Shown here: piece after piece, positions 1 to 8,945 of the stretch
How the letters are laid out: every line of letters begins with the position of its first letter
Numbering within the stretch: position 1 is the first letter of the stretch
Assembly: GCA_044345055.1 (NCBI GenBank)
Contig: JBIJBT010000088.1
Coordinates: forward strand, 1-10,094
Direction: 5' to 3'
DNA: 10,094 nt
From: Bdellovibrionota bacterium
GTDB lineage: Bacteria > Bdellovibrionota_C > UBA2361 > OMIW01
Program-made: the position numbers and the translations under genes
Notes under the pieces: model-generated
The model's database searches: none
What the model saw: the letters and a program-made list of their open reading frames with translations, nothing else
Told to the model about the DNA's origin: nothing

Positions 1-1443
1 AGCTTTACTGTTTCGGCTGGGCCTTTGGGGTCTGCGGATCTATCAAAACTTAAAGTGCCTGATGGCCAAGCACCGCCCGATATTCCAGGTAGGAGTGTTC
101 CGAAGGCAAAGGCTGCACCCCCGGATGGCTTAAACAACGATCCCTGGATCGGGAGTCTGAAAACTTTTTCTGAGCTGCGCTTACCTTATCCTTCAAAAGA
201 CCCTCTTTCATCGCTCACCCCCCCTCCGATCCTTCCCATCTTTTCTATATCTTCCCAACCAAACGAAGAGAAACCTTCAAAGGTATCTTCGACAACTGCC
301 TCATCTCAACAATTACCGCCAAGAGTAAACAAAAGAACTGCTCGGATTGAGCTCCAAAATCTTATTGAAAAACAACTTATTGACCCCGATACGGCGAGAA
401 CGGTACTTGGCGATCTCAGAAGTGGTAAAGTATCTCCCTCAAAGATTTTTCAGATGGCAAACGCTATTGGGAAATTTTATCGCGGCGAGGTGGGCAAAAC
501 TATCTCTAAGTCAGAAATTCAGGCAGCCGTCTGGCTCGGATACGTTGCCGGAAACCTCGCTCAAACGGGAGAGCCGCCGGTGCGAGGACCAGAGGGGGTA
601 GTTGGGTATCTTCGAGGAATGGATGAGAGGATCGAAGAACTTCGGAAAGGGAACGATGTAGTTATAGATCCTCGGGGCCGAAAAGGTTTCCGAGAATACT
701 ATCTATCTATGGGAGCTCCAGCTGTATTGCGTCTTAAGAAGGATGGCTTAGTTGATTCAGTTCCACATTCGGTACAGCTAATACTTTCATTGCCCAGCCA
801 GCCTTGGACTGAACGAATTCGGAAGCTTGTTGAGACCGATCCAGGGCAGTGCGTTACTGCCGTAATTCTAACTTTGGCGGAGAATAAAATCCCAAACCCT
901 TTCTCGACGATTCTAGAGGAGGGAAATAATCCGGCCGGTCTTGCAGCGCAGCTTCTCAACCAATTTGGCTATAAATCGGTAAATCCACTGGACGGTAAGG
1001 ACAGACCGCTCAAGTTCAAAACGAACTATGGAGAGGTCAATGTTACGATGTTGACGCCGAAGGAGTTTATAAAAGCGGCCTATAGTAAAAAGATTCCCTC
1101 TTATTCCTTGGTATTTCAAACAAGACACCCGAGCTGGACCACACCACCTAACGGCTCCGAAGCACCCCGCCCCGCAACATCTCCAGATTCACGTGGCTTC
1201 GATGCCGCAGTTGCAATTCCATCGTTTGATAAAAATGCTCCGTTTGCTCTCTGGAATGGACGAAGGAACGGGCTTCTCATTTATGGTGAAGCAACTCAGT
1301 GGGTATTCGTTCTCACCCCCCACGACCACGGTTTAAAGCATAGCGACCCGATTCAGGAACTTCTCATTGCGGCACGTGAGAGACGTGAGAGAAATGAAGG
1401 ACACAAACCGCGCTTGTCCGGGATGGAAGTTGCTCAGAGGTAA
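1..1443 (+). CDS. Uncharacterised protein, probably 5'-truncated: Pro/Ser-rich linker, helical middle region, putative Cys-hydrolase-like C-terminal domain
   Basis: 472-aa ORF called from TTG at 25. The frame is open back to base 1 (AGC TTT ACT GTT TCG GCT GGG CCT TTG), so the real start is probably upstream of the window. Ends TAA at 1441-1443, followed by a hairpin. The product call is inference from motifs GQCVTAV, SLVFQTRH and SRGFDAAV. Confidence 0.75.
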   Translation, partial: SFTVSAGPLGSADLSKLKVPDGQAPPDIPGRSVPKAKAAPPDGLNNDPWIGSLKTFSELRLPYPSKDPLSSLTPPPILPIFSISSQPNEEKPSKVSSTTASSQQLPPRVNKRTARIELQNLIEKQLIDPDTARTVLGDLRSGKVSPSKIFQMANAIGKFYRGEVGKTISKSEIQAAVWLGYVAGNLAQTGEPPVRGPEGVVGYLRGMDERIEELRKGNDVVIDPRGRKGFREYYLSMGAPAVLRLKKDGLVDSVPHSVQLILSLPSQPWTERIRKLVETDPGQCVTAVILTLAENKIPNPFSTILEEGNNPAGLAAQLLNQFGYKSVNPLDGKDRPLKFKTNYGEVNVTMLTPKEFIKAAYSKKIPSYSLVFQTRHPSWTTPPNGSEAPRPATSPDSRGFDAAVAIPSFDKNAPFALWNGRRNGLLIYGEATQWVFVLTPHDHGLKHSDPIQELLIAARERRERNEGHKPRLSGMEVAQR

Positions 1444-1446
1444 ATC

Positions 1447-1466
1447 TGCCTGTAACTCTACAGGCA
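1447..1466. terminator. Hairpin between convergent genes, probable (bidirectional) terminator
   Basis: Perfect 8-bp stem TGCCTGTA-actc-TACAGGCA, 3 nt after the ORF stop and 53 nt past the gyrB stop. The U-tract is weak (GATTTA on the minus strand). Confidence 0.55.
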
Positions 1467-1519
1467 ACCCCTCCTTCAACCCGGAACCAAACCATAAAAC
1501 ACCGCTAATCCGACCCAGC

Positions 1520-3961
<2,442 letters not shown>

Positions 3962-4086
3962 TCACACGTGAAGGACATAACCGAGGAAAGGGCACTCAGT
4001 TGCCGAAAAAACGGAGGGAGGAGGAATTTTAAAGGGAAAACAGCACAGATAATTCTCCCAAAAACTGCGAAAATATAGAAGCTTGT

Positions 4087-4115
4087 AGCGTATCCCCCCC
4101 ACCGATAATCGTCAA
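4087..4115 (-). promoter_or_regulatory. Putative sigma70 promoter for gyrB
   Basis: Minus strand: TTGACG (4115-4110), 17-nt spacer, TACGCT (4092-4087), in the recF-gyrB intergenic region. Confidence 0.6.
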
Positions 4116-4123
4116 GATTATCG
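4103..4123. repeat. Perfect inverted repeat overlapping the gyrB -35 (candidate operator or hairpin)
   Basis: CGATAATC-gtcaa-GATTATCG, 8-bp arms with a 5-nt centre. Confidence 0.7.
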
Positions 4124-4136
4124 AATAGCGGCTTCA

Positions 4137-5234
4137 TCAAAGAGCCGATCCTCGCACAATTCCCGAGACAACCTCGAATACCGTAACCGCGGAGTCACTC
4201 TTTAAAACGCCGTGATAAGCATCCGTGGATGTCACGAGCACCTGTCTTCCCTGATCCATCATCAATCGAAAAAAATGATCCGCCCGATGAGAGTCAAGTT
4301 CAGCATCCACGTCATCGAGAAGGACCACTGGGCTTTCGTGGCGAGCTGCCTCAAGCATCTCGAGAATGGCGAGCTTGAGGGCAAGAACCATGCTGCGCGC
4401 CTGGCCCTGGCTAGCAAATTGCCGAGCCCCCTTACCGTTCAGGGATAGATTCAGATCGTCCCTGTGGATACCGAGGCGAAGAGAGCGTGAGGAAATTTCA
4501 GAGGAAAAATCTCGCTCCAGCGCTCGGAGAAGCTCCTCCTCGGATGAGTAACCAACTACGGAGGAGCGATAGCTACAACCAAATCGCTCCCCTTGCGTAC
4601 TCGAAAACTGCTCGTAGCAGAGCGCAGCTCGGGGTGCGAGCTCTCGAACAAAACGATCTCGAGCAGCGGTTATAACCAACATCTCGCGGGCGAGAATCTG
4701 ATTCCAGGGCTCGATCGCGCGGTACCGCACCTCCCCCTGCTTAATAAGCGCCGCCTTGGCCCTCAGGGCTCGCGAATAGTTAATGAGTGACACCATTAGG
4801 GGGGGAGAAATATCGACGCTGTGGCGGTCAATCAGCGCCCTTCGCTCAGCTGGCCCTCCCCGAACCAGCTCAAGGTCCTGGGGTGAGAAGGTTACCGTTA
4901 TGAGTCTTCCCAGATAATCCTGAGCTGATTCAACCCGCTTACCGTGGACGCTCGCCTCTTTTCCTTTCGCACCGACCACCAGCTTTAAGTTTAAAGAGCC
5001 TGCCTTGTCGCTGATATCTCCAGATACCGCAAAGGAACCCCCTCCCCAGGCTATTGCCTCCCGAGATCGGGAGGTGCGGAACGATTTTGTAGAGCCGAGA
5101 AACACCACCGCTTCAAGCAGATTGGTTTTGCCCTGACCGTTTTGCCCCGTGATGAGATTTAGGCCCGGCGAAAAGGTGAGCTCCGTGCTCGCAAGATTTC
5201 TAAATCCATGAACCCGAATTTTTTCTATCTGCAC
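4137..5234 (-). CDS. recF: DNA replication and repair protein RecF
   Basis: FRN, Walker A GQNGQGKTN, KSFR, GGPAERR, GIHRDDL, ASQGQ signature, Walker B LLDDVDAELD. 365 aa. Lies between dnaN and gyrB. GTG start with GGTGA SD-like sequence 6 nt upstream. Confidence 0.96.
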   Translation of the reverse strand: MQIEKIRVHGFRNLASTELTFSPGLNLITGQNGQGKTNLLEAVVFLGSTKSFRTSRSREAIAWGGGSFAVSGDISDKAGSLNLKLVVGAKGKEASVHGKRVESAQDYLGRLITVTFSPQDLELVRGGPAERRALIDRHSVDISPPLMVSLINYSRALRAKAALIKQGEVRYRAIEPWNQILAREMLVITAARDRFVRELAPRAALCYEQFSSTQGERFGCSYRSSVVGYSSEEELLRALERDFSSEISSRSLRLGIHRDDLNLSLNGKGARQFASQGQARSMVLALKLAILEMLEAARHESPVVLLDDVDAELDSHRADHFFRLMMDQGRQVLVTSTDAYHGVLKSDSAVTVFEVVSGIVRGSAL

Positions 5235-5237
5235 TAT

Positions 5238-5266
5238 CGCTCACCAATAATCCGCTCACCAATAAT
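5238..5266. repeat. Direct tandem repeat of 14 bp (period 15) containing the recF SD-like sequence
   Basis: CGCTCACCAATAAT at 5238-5251 and 5253-5266. A degenerate third copy, CCGCTCAGCAAAT, starts at 5295. Confidence 0.85.
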
Positions 5267-5306
5267 TCAGGGCATCGCTTCGCCGATATTAAGACCGCTC
5301 AGCAAA

Positions 5307-6482
5307 TCACAATTCTGAACTCTCGTCCTCTCCCTGCTCTCCCCGCTCTTCTTCTTCCTTGTTCAAACGCATCGGCATGAGAATTGCGAAAGAGCCAGGG
5401 TCGGTTGCTCCCGAGAATTTTCCGGGGAAAGTCCCACCATACAGTTCAAGGTGAAAATCTTGGTCCTCACCGATAGCTCCAATAAGCTCAATCATATATC
5501 TGACATTGTATCCCACACTAAAGGGCTTCCCGCCATATTCAACCCCCAGCTCTTCGGATGCATCACCAAGGTCGTTACTTGAGGTCGACAATCGAAGACG
5601 GTCATTGAAAAGATCAAACCTCACACACTTCCAGCTGTCAGCTGCAAGGAGCGAAACACGCCTAAGAGCACGGACCAGCTCGCGACCATCCACCCGTATG
5701 AGCGGGCACGGAGTTGGCGAAAAAAGACGTTGATATGGAGGAAACTCACCATCGATAAGTCTCATCGATAGCTCTACATGCTTTGCACGAACCGCAAAAA
5801 CTCCCTCGACGATATCAAATTCAACCTCTGAAATCGGTTCCTCATCAAGAATTCGTCTCAGCTCGGCAAGCCCTTTTCTCGGAACAATCACCTGTTCGCT
5901 CACAGAGGGGGGCAGACACGGTCGGCTTACAACAGCTAATCGATGCCCATCGAGCGCGATGGCGCGCAGTTCAGTTGTGTGCCCACTCCCTTGCGATATC
6001 TCAAAGCATATCCCATTGAGGTGGTAACGGGCTTCATCATTTGAAACGGCATAGATCGTTTTTGAGATCATCTCGGATAGATGATGAGCAACAATACGAC
6101 CCCGAAGCGGAAGACCAATTCCGCGCAAACCGGGGAATTCATCTCCATTCACCCCGACCAACGTTAACCGAGCAGCACCGGCGGTGACCGATACCCGCTG
6201 ATTCTGAGTTACCTCGAACTCAACGGCACCCTCCGGAAGTTCTTTAACGAGCTCGCTAAACATAGCTGCTTTAAGGCAGATACTTCCCTCTTTCAAAACG
6301 CGACACGGCAAGGTTGCCAGCGCAGTTACCTCAAGATCCGAGGCGTATATTTTTAACACACCGTCTCTTGCTGACAGCAAGAAGTTGGTCATGATCGGAA
6401 GAGAGCTTTTTTTACTAACGATGTTCTGAACAAGAGCTGCGATTCTATGTAATTCTGTTTTGGAGCTTAAAAAATGAAGCAT
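5307..6482 (-). CDS. dnaN: DNA polymerase III beta sliding clamp
   Basis: LPIMTN, ASDLEV, RYHLNG, DGHRLA, VIVPRK, RLIDGEFP, GYNVRY and MPMRL motifs. Lies directly downstream of dnaA. Has an 18-aa acidic extension. Confidence 0.96.
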   Translation of the reverse strand: MLHFLSSKTELHRIAALVQNIVSKKSSLPIMTNFLLSARDGVLKIYASDLEVTALATLPCRVLKEGSICLKAAMFSELVKELPEGAVEFEVTQNQRVSVTAGAARLTLVGVNGDEFPGLRGIGLPLRGRIVAHHLSEMISKTIYAVSNDEARYHLNGICFEISQGSGHTTELRAIALDGHRLAVVSRPCLPPSVSEQVIVPRKGLAELRRILDEEPISEVEFDIVEGVFAVRAKHVELSMRLIDGEFPPYQRLFSPTPCPLIRVDGRELVRALRRVSLLAADSWKCVRFDLFNDRLRLSTSSNDLGDASEELGVEYGGKPFSVGYNVRYMIELIGAIGEDQDFHLELYGGTFPGKFSGATDPGSFAILMPMRLNKEEEERGEQGEDESSEL

Positions 6483-6493
6483 GAGAAATCCTC

Positions 6494-6559
6494 TAATTAA
6501 CTAAGATATTAAATATAAAAATTAGTAGTAGTAATAGCCCGAGATAAAGCTGGGGAAAA
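6494..6559 (-). promoter_or_regulatory. Basal unwinding module: DnaA box, GC patch, five DnaA-trios, AT-rich DUE
   Basis: Minus strand reads TTTTCCCCA-GCTTTATCTCGGG-CTA TTA CTA CTA CTA-ATTTTTATATTTAATAT. On + the trios are TAG TAG TAG TAA TAG at 6523-6537. Same order as in Bacillus subtilis oriC. Confidence 0.85.
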
Positions 6560-6565
6560 ATGAAA

Positions 6566-6578
6566 TAAACATTTGATA
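6566..6578 (-). promoter_or_regulatory. IHF binding site in oriC
   Basis: Minus strand TATCAA-ATGT-TTA matches WATCAANNNNTTR exactly, with an A/T tract on its 5' side. It lies between the DUE-proximal DnaA box and the distal boxes. Confidence 0.7.
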
Positions 6579-6932
6579 ATAATAAAATTTTTCTGTTGAA
6601 AACCTGTTAATTCACCACGGAGAATAAATTGGTTTGTACCGCCGGAAAAAGTTTTCCCCAGAAGCATTTTGGAATTATTGTGGTTATCCATAGGTTTTCC
6701 ACAGGTTTTACCGGAAAAAAATAGGCAAGATCAGTGGCTTAGGTTCGTTATTAACAACCCATAAATCGTGTGGAAAAGTATGTTAAAACCCGGTAAAAAT
6801 AGCGTAACTTATTAAAAAAGATATTACTTTTATAGTAGCGCTATCGGTAAAACCGTTTTCATTGTCCTTACCAGAGCCCTTTATCGGTTTTGAGCTATCT
6901 TTTAACAGCCCCCATCGATAAATAAGGCTCCA

Positions 6933-8456
6933 TCAAGGAGTAAGTAGATTTCGCTCTATCCCCTCGATCATCTCTTTTACTTTGGCATCTGAAGCCACCT
7001 TGCCGGAGACCACACTCGCCGCATGAATGACACTTGAATGATCTCGCCCACCAAACTGACCTCCGATCTCGGGATACGAGCAGGTGGTGTGTTTGCGGCA
7101 CAGATACATCGCTATGTGTCGAGGAAATGAGAGATTTTTTGTTCTTCTTTTCGAGGTCATGTCGGCGACCTTGAGGTTAAAATGGGTCGCTACCGCTTTT
7201 TTAATATCGTCGATAGAAACATTGATCGTTTTTGGCTGAAGAAGAGGCTCAAGGGTTGCTGAGGCAGATTTGAGCGTTATCGGGACATTTTGGAGACTAC
7301 TAAGGGCGTGAAGCCGGGTAAGCGCTCCCTCTAATTCGCGCACATTTGATGAGACCCGCTCTGCGACGAGGTGAGCGACCTCCTCCGGGAGCGCGACCTG
7401 ATCGACGGCAGCTTTTCGATTTAAAATAGCGACTCTGGTCTCGAAATCTGGAGCCTGAAGGTCCGCCATCAATCCCCACGAAAACCGAGTCTGTAACCTC
7501 TCTTCAATCCCAGGAATCTCGGATGGGATTTTGTCTGATGTAATAACTATCTGACGCTTCGCGCTGTAGAGAGCATTAAAGGTGTGAAAAAACTCCTCCT
7601 GGGTTCGCTCTTTTCCTGAGATGAACTGAATATCGTCTATAAGAAGAACCTCAATATTTCGCATCCTTTTTTTAAACTCATCCATTTTCGCTTGGCGAAG
7701 GGCAAGAATAAGCTCGTTGGTAAAAGCCTCGGACGAGAGATATAGGATCGTTGCTTTAGGATTTCGGCGAAGAACTTCGTTGCCGATACTGTGCAATAGA
7801 TGAGTTTTTCCGAGACCGACGCCGCCATATATAAATAGCGGGTTGTAGCTGTTGCCCGGACTTTCAGCGACCCGCAATGCTGCGGCATGGCAGAATTGAT
7901 TGGAGCTACCAACAACAAAATTATCAAATGAATATTTTGGGTTAATCGCTGATGAGCGACCAAAACCTGAGAGTGAATCTCCGCTATCGATTATCTGATC
8001 GCGTTGAGCGATAGGAGATTGGCTTGTAGCGGGATTTGTCTCAGCTCGGGCCACTGCTGCCGAGCGGAGGGAAGAAGATTGCTGGTTAGAGGAGATTGAT
8101 TGCGATGATGAGCCTTGCCGAGATTGAGAACCGGTGTTTTGAAGTCGAGCTTGAGGCTGCTGCGACTGCTCGGAGACAGAGAAGTTTACGTTAACGGAAT
8201 CAGAACCAAGAATCGATCCCAGTACGCCCGTTAATTTGTCCCGAAAATGGCGATCCAGCTGAGAGCATATAAAACGATTAGGGGCTCCGATTGAAAAGCA
8301 GTCGTCGTTCCCCTCAATTAATTCGAGCGGTTCGAAGTAAGCGGAGAAAATCTGCGGATCTATTTCCTGACTCAACCGCAACAAGCACAAATGCCACGCA
8401 TCCTGGGCGGAGATTGAGGGGGTTGATTGTTCGACGTCAGCAAGGGGGGTAAGCAT
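6933..8456 (-). CDS. dnaA: Chromosomal replication initiator protein DnaA
   Basis: NPKYSFDNFVVG, YNPLFIYGGVGLGKTHL (Walker A), LLIDDIQF (Walker B), QEEFFHTFNAL, RFSWGL, NVRELEGAL, and domain IV FGGRDHSSVIHA. Confidence 0.98.
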   Translation of the reverse strand: MLTPLADVEQSTPSISAQDAWHLCLLRLSQEIDPQIFSAYFEPLELIEGNDDCFSIGAPNRFICSQLDRHFRDKLTGVLGSILGSDSVNVNFSVSEQSQQPQARLQNTGSQSRQGSSSQSISSNQQSSSLRSAAVARAETNPATSQSPIAQRDQIIDSGDSLSGFGRSSAINPKYSFDNFVVGSSNQFCHAAALRVAESPGNSYNPLFIYGGVGLGKTHLLHSIGNEVLRRNPKATILYLSSEAFTNELILALRQAKMDEFKKRMRNIEVLLIDDIQFISGKERTQEEFFHTFNALYSAKRQIVITSDKIPSEIPGIEERLQTRFSWGLMADLQAPDFETRVAILNRKAAVDQVALPEEVAHLVAERVSSNVRELEGALTRLHALSSLQNVPITLKSASATLEPLLQPKTINVSIDDIKKAVATHFNLKVADMTSKRRTKNLSFPRHIAMYLCRKHTTCSYPEIGGQFGGRDHSSVIHAASVVSGKVASDAKVKEMIEGIERNLLTP

Positions 8457-8945
8457 GGGTAAATTTCTAACCTAAGTTTCAATCTGGCGGAGCAGAAACA
8501 GATACGCTGTTTTAATTAATCGTTCCGATGAAAAATCGAATAAAAAAACAGAGAAAACAAAATTAAACTGAACGTCAAAAAATAAAATACAAAAAACTTA
8601 AAAATAAATGCATCGAAAAATACCTAACCTGCATCACAGGTGGTGGACCAGAACGTTATAGTAGGAAAAATAACCTTTACAAGAAAAGAAAATGAAATTT
8701 ATTGAAAAAAAAATATAGCTCGATTTTTCGATGAGTTTCGGAGTTAGATAACCGGGTTATTATAAGTTATTTGAAGCAGAAAATACTTTTTTTTAAAAAG
8801 CTAATTTTTCTATTTTTGAATTACGAATTTTTTAAAGAGGTTTTTACTCAAGGTGCACTAACCCTTACCCGCTTCCCTTCCGTTTGATTTTTTTGGCTAA
8901 CTGCCGTAAAAAGGGGGCGCAAAATTCCAGTAGGTGCGGAGCCCC
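8457..8945. promoter_or_regulatory. Very AT-rich divergent promoter region between dnaA and atpB
   Basis: About 490 bp non-coding with many A/T tracts. Candidate dnaA promoter on the minus strand: TTGTAA (8682-8677) with TATAAC (8660-8655, 16-nt spacer) or TAACGT (8658-8653, 18-nt spacer). Weaker atpB candidate: TTGATT (8884-8889)-N17-TAAAAA (8907-8912). Confidence 0.5.

Larger units (their letters stand above)
6483..6932. other. oriC: Chromosomal replication origin oriC (dnaA-dnaN intergenic)
   Basis: 450-bp AT-rich non-coding spacer. TTWTNCACA-consensus boxes at 6695-6703 (+) and 6769-6777 (-). One-mismatch boxes at 6551-6559 (-), 6594-6602 (-), 6652-6660 (+), 6684-6692 (+) and 6748-6756 (+). 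Also DnaA-trios, an AT-rich tract and an IHF site. Confidence 0.92.

Noticed and set aside
5250..5259. GTGAGCGGAT (minus strand) identical to part of the lac operator
   Set aside because: Only 10 bp, no dyad partner and no vector context; a chance product of the tandem repeat.
5238..5266. Direct repeat as a possible mini-CRISPR or insertion target-site duplication
   Set aside because: Two 14-bp copies separated by 1 nt, with no spacers, cas genes or transposase.
6509..6691. 60-aa ORF within the dnaA-dnaN spacer
   Set aside because: It runs over DnaA boxes, the IHF site and the trios (TTT codons for 'ITTT' are the trio repeat region); better explained as oriC.
8528..8566. Basic mini-ORF MKNRIKKQRKQN at the usual rpmH position
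   Set aside because: 12 aa, lacks the L34 MKRTxQP/HGF motifs and has no SD; Lys richness follows from the A-tracts.
8934..8945. GTG start for atpB given by the ORF track
   Set aside because: The GTG is part of the AGGTG/GGAG SD-like sequence; ATG at 8946 is the better start.
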